A stretch of DNA of 64,000 bases from Cetorhinus maximus (taxonomy: Eukaryota): NCBI RefSeq assembly GCF_964194155.1, contig NC_135899.1, positions 46,500,001-46,564,000 of the forward strand, read 5' to 3'. The position numbers and the translations under genes were made by a program. Positions 1 through 12,589 of the stretch are shown here, piece by piece. The notes under the pieces are model-generated. The model saw only the letters and a list, made by a program, of their open reading frames with translations, was not told where the DNA came from and made no database searches. Numbering within the stretch: the stretch's first letter is position 1; each line of letters starts with the position of its first letter.

Positions 1-1209
1 CATCACCATGCAAAATAGATTTGCTTTGTCAGCGGACTTCCGATTGCCTGTTGATTTGGATTGCTTTTTCCAAAGTCAGTGCTTCTTTAGATGGGAGTAC
101 ATCCAAAAGAGTATCATTGGCTACTCCCAATACTGTTCGGTCTCTTATGAGCTCTGACTTAAGGCCACCATAGTCACAACCTTCAGCCAATCTGTATAAC
201 TGATTTATGAAAGATTCTACAGGTTCCCCGGTCTTTGGGATTCCCTTCTTAAATTTTGCTCACTCAAAAATGTTATTGCTCCTTAGGTTAAAGTAGATGT
301 CAAAGGACTTCATGACCTCTTCAAAGTTATCAGAAGATTCATTTATTCCTTGTCTGGCAATTATGCCATCAGCTATTGGGCCTACTGAATATAATAGTGT
401 ATTCACTTGTTCAGCCTCTGTTTTCTTATTCAAGCTTCATGCTATCATATATGTTTAAAATCTTCTTCTACATGATACCCAATTTTGCGTCTGGTCTGCC
501 CTTTCCATCTGTCTTTATTGATCTAGCAATGTTGATTTACCATCCATGGATTTTTTTCAGCACAGGGGAGTACAACTTTAATTTTTTTTTAATGGCCCTG
601 CAGTAAATTTGTTTTCTTCCGCAGTTGTTGGGATTTGGCTGGCTTGCCTTGTGGTTACAGAGACATTTTAAACTCCAGTGATTCTGCTGAAAATCTTTTG
701 AACAAATCGTTTTGGCCAGCTTGTTGCTTTCCTCAGCTTGGAGAATTGTATTGAAGCTGACTTTTCACTCTGGCTTCTCTTTAATGTTTTTTTTTGGTTC
801 GCGTGGGGTCGCCACGTGTGATGGTGTTATGGATCTGGGCTGCAGCGTTTTTTACGCCGTGCTCATTAAAACAATCAATCTGCGAGTGTTGCCTGATTAT
901 TGTGCCAAATTTAAAAGCTTATTTCAGCCTTTTTTGGGAGTTTTCTCACCCTTTTGCAATCTGGCTAGGCCCTTTGACTCTGCTTTCGATCGGGTCTCGC
1001 AAAGGACCACCATGTACTCTGGTGGAGTCCTTTTACGCTGTACAGTGGATCTTTTTTCTGCCCTTCAGCCTCCATGTCTGAAATAGAGCTTCTTAGATGA
1101 CTTTAAGCTGTGTATTCGAGGTCTTCACATTAGTGCACATCTCTCAGGTCAGACTGCAATTTCTTTACTTCTTCATAGGCATATTGGGGCTCTCCACTTG
1201 CTGCCACCA
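1..1209 (-). mobile_element. Gypsy LTR retrotransposon internal region (PBS, leader, decayed gag), runs off the window start
   Basis: The minus strand near 240->55 translates as QRPGEPVESFINQLYRLAEGCDYGGLKSELIRDRTVLGV...LTLEKAIQI, a typical Gypsy gag capsid segment. A PBS-like TGGTGGCAGC follows the LTR directly at 1209. Confidence 0.85.
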
Positions 1210-1442
1210 TGCTATAAGGTTGTATGTTGTCTCATGAACAAATCTAGAGGCTTGTATGGCTGAACAATAACTGTTTATTAATAAATCATAACTACATACA
1301 TATATATAGATACAGTCCTGACTAAGTGCTATCTCCATGCTGACTTCTACTAGACTCACTCCTACACTCTACCATTCCCAAGTGACTCTCTACATCATAA
1401 TGAGGGCGGTATTGTTTTCCTAGTACCACATTAACCCTTACA
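1210..1442 (-). mobile_element. Gypsy LTR (233 bp)
   Basis: Minus strand reads TGTAAGGGTTAA...AATAAA...TATAGCA (TG..CA ends, polyA signal), followed by the TGG PBS. Confidence 0.8.
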
Positions 1443-1489
1443 GCCCCGAACAACTTTATACTACACCAAGGACCCTCATATATTTCCTG

Positions 1490-1700
1490 AAACATGGTGA
1501 ACAGAACTGAATGCAATACCCGAGATTCACTGTGCAGTGTAAAAGGACTCCAGCAGAGCACGGGGAGGTCCATTGCGAGGCCCGATCAAAAGCAGATTCA
1601 AAGGACCTAGCCAGATTGCAAAAGGGTGAGCAAACTCCAAAAAAAAGTGAGAAATAAACTTTTAAATTCAACGCGATAATCAGGCAGCACGAGCAGGCCT
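1490..1700 (+). repeat. Inverted diverged copy of the Gypsy leader at ~885-1080
   Basis: Reverse-complement similarity; ORFs 712..1086(+) and 1456..1671(-) share SPFCNLARxFxSAFDRxSQ. Confidence 0.75.
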
Positions 1701-1807
1701 CACCAGAACTTTAAAAAAGCTCAGCATAACTTCCCTGTTTTAGTACTCAATACCTCTACCTATGAAGCCCAAGGTACTATATACTTTGCGAAACAGTCTC
1801 TCAATGT

Positions 1808-2935
1808 AATAAAAGCAAAAAACTGCGGATGCTGGAAATCCAAAACAAAAACAAAAATACCTGGAAAAACTCAGCAGGTCTGGCAGCATCTGTGGAGAGG
1901 AGCACAGTTAACATTTTGAGTCCGCATGACTCTTCAACAGAACTAAGGAAAAATAGAAAATGGGTGAAATATAAGCTGGTTTAAGGGGGGGCGGGGGGTG
2001 GGGGGCGGGGGGGGGGGGTGACAAGAAGAGCTGGATAGAGGGCCAGTGAGAGGTGGAGATAACCAAAAAATGTCACAGACAAAAGGACAAAGAGGTGTTG
2101 AAGGTGGTGATATTATCTAAGGAATGTGCTAATTAAGGGTAGAAAGCAGGACGAGCAAGGTACAGATAGCCCTAGTGGGGGTGGGGTGGGGTGAAGGAAT
2201 CGAAAAAGGCTAAAAGGTAGAGATAAAACAATGGATGGAAATACATTTAAAAATAATGGAAATAGGTGGGAAAAGAAAAATCTATATACATTATTGGAAA
2301 AAACAAAAAGGAGGGGGAAAATCGGAAAGGGGTTGGGGATGGAGGAGAGAGTTCATGATCTAAAATTGTTGAACTCAATATTCAGTCCGGAAGGCTGTAA
2401 AGTGCCTAGTCGGAAGATGAGGTGCTGTTCCTCCAGTTTGCGTTGAGCTTCACTGGAACAATGCAGCAAGCCAAGGACGGACATGTGGGCATGAGAGCAG
2501 GGTGGAGTGTTGAAATGGCAAGCGACAGGGAGGTCTGGGTCATGCTTGCGGATAGACCGAAGGTGTTCTGCAAAGCGGTCACCCAGTCTGCATTTGGTCT
2601 CTCCAATGTAGAGGGAGCATTGGGAGCAACGAATGCAGTAGACTAAATTGAGGGAAGTGCAAGTGAAATGCTGCTTCACTTGAAAAGAGTGTTTGGGCCC
2701 TTGGACGGTGAGGAGAGGGGAAGTGAAGGGGCAGGTGTTGCATCTTCTGCGGTTGCATGGGAAGGTGCCGTGGGAGGGAGTTGAGGTGTAGGGGGTGATG
2801 GAGGAGTGGACCAGGGTGTCACAGAGGGAACGATCCCTACGGAATGCCACCGGGGGGGTGATGGGAAGATGTGTTTGGTGGTGGCATCATGCTGGAGTTG
2901 GCGGAAATGGCGGAGGATGATCCTTTGAATGCAGA
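1808..2935 (-). mobile_element. Penelope-like retroelement 3' part with pseudo-LTR
   Basis: GIY-YIG ORF plus the pLTR block gatgctggaaat...ctcagcaggtctggcagcatctgtggagag, which recurs at least five times in the window. Confidence 0.9.
2353..2850 (-). pseudogene. Penelope GIY-YIG endonuclease domain with CCHH linker (5'-truncated)
   Basis: CNRRRCNTCP...FTCTSLNLVYCIRCSQCSLYIGETKCRLGDRFAEH...EQHLIFRLGTLQPSGLN. Confidence 0.9.
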
Positions 2936-2939
2936 ATGC

Positions 2940-4380
2940 GGCAATTGGGAGGCCTATAGTAAACCCCCAACATTGTGATTGCACCCTTCCTATTCCGGAG
3001 CTCTACCATATTGCCTCACTGCATGAGCCCAATGAGGTGTCCTCCTGTCGTACAGCTGTGATATTCCCCTTAACCAGCAGTGCAACTCCCCCACCTCTTC
3101 TACATCCCTCTCTATCCTGCCTGAAACATCTAAATCCTGGAACGTTTATCTGCCAATCCTGTCCATCCTTCAATCAAGTCTCTGTAATAGCAATAACATC
3201 ATAGTCCCAAGTGCTAATCCAAGCTCTAAGCTCATCTGCCTTGCCTGTTATGCTTCTCGCATTGAAACAAATGCATTTCAGACCCCCAGTCCCACTGTGT
3301 TCAGTAATTTCTCCCTGCCTGCCCTTCCTCTTAGTGCTACTGGCCATATTCACTGGTTCCCAGTCCTTTATTTCACCTGCTGATCTATTGCTCTGGTTCC
3401 CACCCCCCTGCCATGCTAGTTTAAACCCTCCCGAGTGACACTAGCAAACCTCGCAGCCAGGATATTGGTGCCCCTCCAGTTTACTGGCGGATCAGCCATG
3501 ATTTCATTGAATGGCGGAGCGTGCTTGAAGGGCTGAATGGCCTACTATGTTCTTATGTGCCTCTGTAATTTTCCCAATGTGGACCATGACCCCTGGCTGT
3601 TCATCCTCCTCCAGAAGAATGTTCTGCAGCCACCCTGTGACATCCTTAACCCTGGCACAAGGGAGGCAACACGCCATTCTGGAGTCATGTCTGTGGACGC
3701 AGAAACACCTGTCTGTTCCTCTAACAAATGAATCTCCTATCAGAATTGCCTTTCTACTCTTCTTCCCCCCTTCCTGTGCAGCTGAGTCACCCATGGTGCC
3801 GTGGACCTGGCACTTGCTGTACTCCTCTGAGGAATCATCACCCTTACCAGCACCAAAAATGAAAAACCAGTTAACCAGTGAGATCGTCTCTGGTCACTAG
3901 CTGCTTGGTTCTCTTAAACTGCCTGGTGATCACTCTCTGCCTGCACGGTGTGACTACCTCTCTAAACGTGCTATCCACGTAGATCTCTGCCTCACGGATG
4001 CACCACAGTGACTCCAGCCGCTGCGTGAGTTCTGAAACCTGGAGCTCAAGCTTTTGGAGCCTATGGCACTTCTTGCTGATGTGTTTGTCCAAGACATTTG
4101 GTGTGTCCAGCACTTCCCACATACCACAGGAGGCATATTCTACTCGGCCGAGCTGACCTGCTGTACCTTAACTTTACAAACTATTTATTATAAGTAGAAT
4201 AACTTACCAGTTACTCAACAATCAATTTTTTTTCTGCTGCACTGATGTAAGAATCAAATACTGGAGGGTGAAAAATGTAGAAAAAGACAGGAGAATCTCC
4301 TTCCCCCAATTCATCGAACGCCCTCACTCACCAAACTCCTTGTTTCACACTCTGTTCAAACCGCACTCAAGTCTAAATGA
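2940..4380 (-). mobile_element. CR1/HER1-like LINE 5' half: ORF1 zinc-finger/coiled-coil, SGNH esterase, start of the APE endonuclease
   Basis: ORFs AILIGDSFVRGTDRCFC..DSRMACCLPCARVKDV and KCHRLQKLELQVSELTQRLESLWCIREAE; a short CR1 3'-end fragment is inserted at ~3488-3558. Confidence 0.85.
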
Positions 4381-4389
4381 CTCTGCTCC

Positions 4390-4650
4390 CTCCACCCTTT
4401 TACTTATTATTTATTCATTCATGGAATTTGAGTGTCGCTGGCAAGGCCAGCATTTATTGCTCATCCCTAGTTGCCCTTGAGAAGGTGGTGATGAGCTGCC
4501 TTCTTGAACTGCTGCAGTCCTGTGTTGTAGGAACACCCACAGTGCTGTTAAGGAGGGAGTCCCAGGATTTTGATATGGAAAATTGCCCAGATATGGCCTG
4601 TCCACAAAAAATGGACAAATCCAATCTTGTCAATTGGCAGTCCACTCTCA
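4390..4650 (-). mobile_element. Stub of the tRNA-headed LINE family: 3' tail plus an inverted internal RT fragment
   Basis: 4390-4572 matches the family 3' end (ttattcattca...ggccagcatttattgc); 4573-4650 matches the WKIAQVCPVHKKQDKSN region in the opposite orientation. Confidence 0.75.
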
Positions 4651-4651
4651 A

Positions 4652-4886
4652 TGTATAGAGGGTTAACTCTAATAGTAGCTACTGAGTATGTGAGAAGCTA
4701 ATGTTAGAGTGATGTCACTTACTGAAAGAAGAGGACTGAGAGTAACTTCAGCTATGTCTTGGTCTTGTTTAAGCTTTGTAAGTGGTTAGTATGTAAATAA
4801 ATGTGTTTTCAACATAGGACCATTGCCTCCAGCAAGATCTCTTTTAGAGTAAGAACCTAATCCCGAGATAAACCCATGATAACCGA
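4652..4886 (+). mobile_element. Gypsy LTR (5' LTR of the plus-strand element)
   Basis: Starts TGTATAGAGGGTTAA, similar to the 1210-1442 LTR; AATAAA at ~4797; PBS-like TTGTGGCAGC at 4887. Confidence 0.7.
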
Positions 4887-5134
4887 TTGTGGCAGCAGTG
4901 ACTACACCCACAGAGGAACAGTAGAAAATGGTAGGAAAAGCCTCAAGTAAAGCCCAGCAACAGTGCAGCTCAGCAGGCGAAGGACTTTGAGGCAAATCCA
5001 GCAACCTCACCAGCTACAACAAAATAACAAGGACAACCCAGCGACTGGCAAGACCAACAGCTTAGGAAAAGACAGCCTCTAATCAGGGTGAGAAATGGCT
5101 ACTACTTTGCCCCTAGCAGAATCAGGCCTGATAT

Positions 5135-8100
5135 TATTGACCTTTAATAACCACAGCCATCTTCTTTTGTACTAGGTATGACTCCAACCAGCAGAGAGTT
5201 TTCCCTCTGGTTCCCATTGACTCCAGTTTTGCTAGGGTTCCTTGATGCCACACCTGGTCAAATGCGGACTTGATGTCAAGGGCAGTCACTCTCACCTCAC
5301 CTCTGGAGTTCAGCTCTTTTGCCCATGTTTGAACCAAGGCTATAATGAGATCAGGAGCTGAGTGACCCTGGCAGAAACCAAACTGAGTGTCAATGAGAAG
5401 GTTACATCTTGGCAAGTGCCACTTGATAGCACTGTTGATGACCCTTTCCATCACTTTACTGATGATCGAGAGTAGACTAATGGAGCGGTAATTGGCCGGG
5501 TTGGATTTGTCCTACTTTTTGTGTACAGGACATACCTGGGCAATTTTACACATAGCTGGGTAGATGCTAGCGTTGTAGCTGTACAGGAACAGCTTGGTTA
5601 GGGGCGTAGCAAGTTTTGGAGCACAAGTCTTCAGTACTATTGCTGGAATATTGTCAGGGCCCATAGCCTTTGCAGTATCCAGTGCCTTCAGCCATTTATT
5701 GACATCACGTGGAGTGAATCGAATTGGCTGAAGACTGGCATCTGTGATGCTGGGGACCTCCGAAGGAGGTGGAGATGGATCATCCACCTGTCACTTCTGG
5801 CTGATGATTGTAGCAAATGCTTCAGCCTTATTTTTGGCATTGATGTGCTGGGCTGTCCCATCATTGAGGATGAGTATTTTTGTGGAGCCTCCTCCTCCAG
5901 TGAGTTGTTTAATTGTTCACCACCATTCACGACTGGATGTGGCAGGACTGCAGAGCTTAGATCTGATGTGTTGGGCTTAGCTCTGTCTATTACTTGCTGC
6001 TTTCTGTTTGGCATGCAAGTATTATATATTATATTATTATATATATAATTATAGCTCCACCAGGTTGACACCTCATTTTAAGGTATGCCTGGTGCTGCTC
6101 CTGGCATGCCCTCCTGCACACTTCATTGAACCAGGGTTGATTCCCTGACTTGGTGGTGATGGTAGAGTGGGGGATGTGCTGGGCCATGAGGTTACATATT
6201 CTGGTTGAGTACAATTCTGCTGCTACTGATGACCCACAGCACCTCATGACTGCCCAGTTTTGAGTTTCTAGATCTGTTCAAAATCTATCCCATTCAGCAC
6301 GGTGGCGATGCCATACAACATGATGGAGGGTATCCTCAATGTGAAGACGGGACTTCGTCTCCACAAGGACTGTGCAGTGGTCACTCCTACCAATACTGTC
6401 CTGGACAGATGCATCTGCAGCAGGCAGGTTGGAAAGGATGAGGTCTAGTATGTTTTTCCCTCTTGTTGGTTTCCTCACCACCTGCTGCAGACCCAGTCTA
6501 GCAGCTATGTCATTTAGGACTTGGCCAGCTCAGTCAGTAGTGATGCTACCGAGCCACTCTTGGTGATGAACTTTGAAGTCGCCACCCCCAAGTACCCTTG
6601 ACACCCTTAGTGCATCCTCCAAGTGACGTTCAACATGGAAGAGTGCTGATTCATCAGCTGAGGGAGGGTGATATGTGTGCAGTGGGAAGTTTCCTTGCGC
6701 ATGTTTGACCTGATGCCATGAGATGTCATGGAGTTGATATTGAAGACTCCCAGGGCAACTCCCTCTCTACTGTATACAACTGTGCCACCACATATGTTGA
6801 ATCTGTCCTGCCGGTGGGACAGGACATACCCAGGGATGGTGATGGTGGTGTCTGGGACATTGTCCGTAAGGTATGATTCCGTGAGTATGACTGTGTTAGG
6901 CTGGTGCTTGACTAGTCAGTGAGACAGCTCTCTCTCCTTTGGCAAAAGCCACAGATGTTAGTAAAGAGGATTTTTGCAGGGTTGACAGGGCTGAGTTTGC
7001 CGTTGTCCTTTTCGGTGCATAGACCAATGCTGGGTAGTCCATCTGGTTTCGTTCCTTTGAGACTGTTTAGTGGTTTTACGACTGAGTCAATTGCGAGGAC
7101 ATTTCAGAGGGCGCTTAGTTAATTCCAGATTTTAATTGAATTCAAATTTCACCATCTGCCGTGGTGGGATTTCAACCCGCATTCCCAGAGCATTACCCTT
7201 GGTCTCTGAATTACTAGTCTAGTGACAATGCCGCCATCTTCAGCTGCTTCATCAATGACTTTCCCTCATCATAAATTCAGAAGTGGGGATGTTTGTTGAT
7301 GATTGCACAATGCTCAGCACCATTTGCGACTCCATAGATACTGAAGCAGTCCATGTCCAAATGCAACAAGATCTGGGCAACACCTAGGCTTGGGTTGACA
7401 AGTGGCAAGTAACAATTATACCACACAAGTGCTAGGCAATGACCATCACCAACAAGAGAGAATCTAACCATCGCCCTTGATGTTCAATGGCACTACCATC
7501 ACTGAATCCCCCACTATCAACATCCTGGGGGTTACCATTGAACTCAACTCGCCAAATAAATGGCTACAAGTGTAGATCAGAGACTAGGAATCCTACGCCG
7601 AGTAACTCACCTCTGACTCCCCAAAGCCTGTCCACAATCTACAAGGCATAAATCAGGAGTGTGATGAAATACTCTCCATTTGCCTGGATGAGTGCAGCTC
7701 CAACAACACTCAAGAAGCTTGACATCCAGGACAAAGCAACCCACTTGATTGGCACCCCATCCATAAACATTCACTCCCTCCACCACCGATGCACAGTAGC
7801 AGCAGTCTGTACCATCTACAAGATGGACTGTAGGAACTCAACAAGCCTCCTTAGACAGCACCTTCCAAATTCACGGCCACTACCACCTAGAAGGACAAGG
7901 GAAGCAGATGCATGGGAACACCACCACCTGGAAGTTCCCCACCAAGCCACTCACCATCCTGGCTTGGAAATATATTGCCGTTTCTGCACTCTCGCTGGAT
8001 CAAAATCCTGGAACTCCTTCCCTAACAGCACTGTCAGTGTACCTATGCCACATGGACTGCAGCAGTTCAAGAAGGCAGCTCATCGCCACCTTCTCAAGGG

Positions 8101-8165
8101 CAGTTAGGGATGGGCAATAAATGCTGGCCTAGCCAGTGATGTCCACATCCAGTGAATGAATTGAA
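5135..8165. mobile_element. tRNA-headed APE-RT LINE (CR1-group-like), near full length with inverted 5' part (5135-7234 on -, 7234-8165 on +)
   Basis: Minus part runs from the tRNA head through APE (PTRGKNILDLIL..SDH) to RT (QFGF..ALDIKSAFDQVWH..KMAVVIKGQ). Plus part continues at IFSCFIND.. through FVDD to the 3' tail tgaatgaa. Confidence 0.9.
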
Positions 8166-9179
8166 AAGGGTAGAGAGCCCCAAACAGGTTGAGCAATGGC
8201 AAAATTGGCAAAGACGTTTTACCCGTACTACAACGCCTCAGGTCTTGTGAGTAAAGAGAGCAAAGATTAAGTTAGCACTTTGTTCAATGCTGTTGAGTGC
8301 ATGGAAGATGATGTGCTGGCCGTTCAGTGTGGGCGGGGTGGGGGGGAGGGTGGCATTGTTGGTTGGTGGTGAACAAAGAGACAAACTCTCATGAGAATGT
8401 CATTGGAGCCTTTGACTCAAACTTCGATCTTCATAAAGATATTGTTATTAAGAGGGTGAAATTTAATGGGTGCAGTCAAAAACAGGTTGAAGGATTGACT
8501 CAGTTGTTTTTGTGTTTTACATGAGAATCTCCCTGACTTCTTACAATCTCAGGAAGATTTTAATTTAAGCAAAGCTAGACAGACACCCCGAAGAACGGAC
8601 GGAGAATACAGCTTTGTTCAGAGATGCGAGGGAAATTTCCCAAGAACAGTCTGATGGGCTGTTCAATTTGTGGGTTGTAAAACTGAAAGTCTAGCAAGGC
8701 AGCAAACAGGGAAACATCCTGAAAAGATGCCAACCATCATTTTCCAATGTCCCTGCTATGGTGAGAAAAAGATCCACAGGTGGGAAAATGTCCCGTCCGA
8801 CGTGCACAGTGCCATGGCTGTGGTACTTGGATCTCATAAGCACTCAAATTTTCTTTCAGTAAAGAAGCAGAGGCCCCAACTACAGAGCTTCTACAGCTGA
8901 AAAATACCAAGAAAAACTTAAAGTCGAGCATCAAATGGAGTTTCAAAATATTAAAATTAAGCATAGGTTGGAGAAGTCTAACTACATAAAAGAGATGGCT
9001 GAACTCCAATACCCGGCCTTTTTAAAGTGGTCTGCTGTTCCAGCGAATCTGTGTTTACATTACAAAAGGAGAAATCTGCTAAAGGAACCTCCATTCAAGA
9101 AATTCAAGACTTTGTAACCAGAAATCACCTTCCTAAGAGAAATAAAGGAAAATAAAAGCCATGTTTTGATCCCAGCTGA

Positions 9180-10593
9180 TGTTATTACTGGATAAGCTGG
9201 AGTTCAGGGTCGAACCTGGATTTATAGGTCCTAACTTTTATTTTTTGTTTAGATACATGGAGAGTGGCTACTGAACAGAGTCACAGGAGTCAGCTGATGA
9301 ACTTTTAGCAAAGGAATAAAACATTTATTAATCAAGAAAAAATGAACAATATTACAATACTCCTTCATCCAGAACTACACCTTAACCAATATACATAGAT
9401 TTGTAAGGATAACACAAGTCACAAAAGCTAGCTTACGCTTTAATGTTCACAGTAAGTAAACAGTCCATATAAACCAACAGGTGTCCTGTGGTCAGGAAAA
9501 CCACACTGTGAAACCAAGTGACAGATGTCACCCCAAACAGATGCTAGGGATCTCTCCTCAACTCATCCCAGATGCTTGTCACACCGTGAGTCAACCAGTC
9601 TCACTGCACTCCCTCTTTCATACGAGGGCTTCGAATCTCCACTCTCCCAGAGCTCACTTTGGAATCTTCTCCCAAACCGACGTTTTCTCTCAGACGCCTC
9701 CCGCAAGAGTTCACTTCCAGGGTTTTGAACTCTCCTTCCGAAGTTCCTATCTTCTGGATCGCCACGTGCATTCAAGCTTCCTTCCACACACACTCTCTCA
9801 CTGACTTAGCTGTGCCAACAGAACATCACTGCTTCACTTGCCCACAGTAAAGAGTTACAGGCCTTCGGCTGTACCCTTGGATCTTCTGGCTTCTCGCAAC
9901 CTGCTTTTGCATTAAGTCTGCCTCATGCAGCTTTCTTCTTCTTAAGCTTGAGGCTCGGAGCCCTCCTCTCTGTTCCTCACTCTTAATTTCATTTAACAGG
10001 ACCTTTTCCAGGTTCCTGTCCTTTTCCTTTGACTTAGCTGTCCTCTTGGGACCTTTCCTGTTCCACTCCCCTCGATTTGGGGACTTTCTCCTATTGTTTC
10101 TGGAACCTGCTCCTGCAGTTTCCTTTCCTATCCACTCTCCCTTGAATCCTGGCATTAACTTTAGTTTGGGACTTTTCTGTTCCTCTGCTATGCTGCTTCT
10201 GCTGGCAACATCTTTCAACCTTGGGGCACACACTGACCAACTGCCCTCAAACTGAGCTGAAACTTTTCTTTCTCTGTGGGGTCTCCTCTCTGGACCCCTG
10301 TTGCTAGGCAACAGCACAGTTTTGTCTACTTTGTTTTAACTTCCCTAAACCACTACCTCCCTTAATTTCACAGCTCTCCACTTCAAAGGTCATAAAACTC
10401 ATTAAAAATGCAGGTATACAAACAAAGCCTTAGACCTGCTGGCTCCACTGTAAAATGAAACTAGATCCCAGGTTTCACCTTTTTAACCCACAAATAGAAA
10501 AATGTAAATTAAACATAAACTTAACGACATACCTTATTCCTAACACACCCAAATACACATGTAACTTAATTAAACTATCTCTATTTCCTAAAA
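9180..10593 (-). mobile_element. Probable long solo LTR inserted between gag and protease
   Basis: ~1.4-kb non-coding block starting TGTTAT, minus-strand AATAAA near 9325; the host Gypsy frame resumes right after it. The right end is eroded and no TSD was seen. Confidence 0.5.
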
Positions 10594-12321
10594 AACAGTA
10601 TTGGAGTGCTGTCAGTGATGTAAATGGGCATCTGACCGAATTCAAGCTAGACACAAGAGCTGGTGTCTCAGTGTATCAGACAGAGTTTCATGGCTGAATA
10701 TAGTGACACGGCAACCGTCCTCCATTCAACTCGAAGGACCACAGGACTATATTGCAGATCTTCCACTTCTCTTTGGGAACAGGCTAGAAGAAGTGGGAAT
10801 AAGATACATCAAGACTGATGGTGACCACCCACAAGATGACAATCCAGAACTTAGTTTGCTCTTCAGGAAAGAGTGCAGGAGAATGAAGTCGCCACAGAGG
10901 CAGGTGATCTGTTGGGGGAAGGGTCCTGAACCTTATTACACTCTTTGACTCCACTGCCAATGATCATAAAGTCTTTGTTGTCTCTTTTGAGGAGAATTAC
11001 CTTTTGATTGAAGAAGGTAATAAAGAGGTGAATTTATCTACTTATTCCACTGAGCCCACTGACGGCATGCATCAACAATTGCTTGTAGCCAGCAAAAAGC
11101 TATCCAGGGAGAATGAGACGCTTAACTTCAAGTTGGATCAAACCAATAGTGAAAGTTCTGAGGTTATTAATCCATTCAAATGTAAGCTAGAACCTGCACA
11201 TAGATCTCATCAAGCACTCAAGCTTTCTTTCAGTAAAGAAGCAGAGGCCCCAACTACAGAGCTTCTACAGCTGAAAAGTACAAAGAAAAACTTAAAGTCG
11301 AGCTTCAAATGAAGCTTGAAAATATTAAAATTAAGCATGGAGGAATCTAACTACCTAAAAGAGAAGGCTGAACTCCAAACCCAGCTGTTAGCAGTCACAC
11401 AGCACTACCAAGCCATAGAGAGGGATTTACTCATTAGAAATTGTGCAACAAAATAAAATGAACATATTGCAATACAGGAGTGTACAAATGCTGTATCGTA
11501 TCTAATGAAATGGTACAGCATCAGAGGAAAGAATTGGCTACAGAGAAACGACCTGAACAAGTACTGACACCAGCGATCTTTCCAATTACTCCTAAGACTC
11601 TTGCAGTAAAAACGCCCAATGCTGATGTCGAACTTTCAAGCAAATCTGCAGAACAGAGTACAACGCAGGAACTTCCTACAGATCCCAGTCCTGAAGTTTA
11701 CACTATTGTTGATAATGGTGCAATCCTGTTTTCTGCAGTTGACCCCAAGGTCTCATTCATGTTGAAGCACGTATAGAAGTGATACCGCTACCTATAGGAA
11801 GAGAAATTCCTACCCTAAGAGTAGTGGGGAAGTCCTCCTATCCTTGTCTCTTGCAGTGTCTTCAGGATGTTCTTTGTTCTTCCTTTTGTCTACCAGATTC
11901 ATTCCTTGCTCAGGTATTGAATGCTTCACTTGTTGTCACAGCAGCGGTGAATGATACAGCTGCAAAGTTCTTCCTAGGAGCTGAAAGTGCTTCATTTTGT
12001 GATGCTGATGCTTTCACCATTCCCCAGTGTGCAATGCAGAAGAAGATGAGAGGGAGAATTTCAGTTTGTTGTCTTCTTTTTCAAGGGGTTGTGATCGTTT
12101 GAGTCCTGGAGGGTTCTTGAATCAGGTTTTCCTTGATTGGTCTTCACTGCCTTTACATTCAGGTCATCTTAAGTGTCACAGAGATTGCAGATAATAGGTC
12201 TCAGCTGTCCCATCATTTTAATTGTCTGTCGACTTGTGTATTTTTTAGTTTAGTATCCTCCTACTCTTATATATTAATTACCTAATTTCTTACATATATA
12301 AGATTTTTATTTGATGTACAT

Positions 12322-12575
12322 AAGAACATAATAAATAGGAGCAGGGATAACCATACTGCCTGTCAAACCTGCTCCAACATTCAACATGATCATGGCTGAT
12401 TTTGGGCCTCAACTCCACTTTCTCGCCTGCTCCCCTTATTCTTTAATCCCCGAGGGACCAAAGGCTGTCTATCACAGCCTTAAATATAATCAACAATGGA
12501 GCATCAACAACCCTCTGGGATAGAGAATTCCAACCATTTGAGTGAAGAAATTTCTCATCATCTTAGCCCTAAGTA
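12322..12575 (-). mobile_element. CR1/HER1-like LINE 3' end
   Basis: cataagaacat tail and ...RNFFTQMVGILYP C-terminus. Confidence 0.75.
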
Positions 12576-12589
12576 ATGCTCCAGATGTA

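Larger units (their letters stand above)
4887..11780 (+). mobile_element. Decayed Gypsy internal region (gag, zinc knuckle, aspartic protease, coiled-coil ORF), interrupted by nested insertions
   Basis: gag N-terminus resumes at ~8170 (WQNWQRRF..ASGL..VSTLF); Cys motifs at 8745-8830; protease-like WSAVSDVNGHLTEFKLDTRAGVSV at ~10600-10675; no RT/IN seen. Confidence 0.7.

Noticed and set aside
6018-6052. AT-rich interruption in the LINE, and (TA)n at ~39916-39941
   Set aside because: Ordinary microsatellite expansions.
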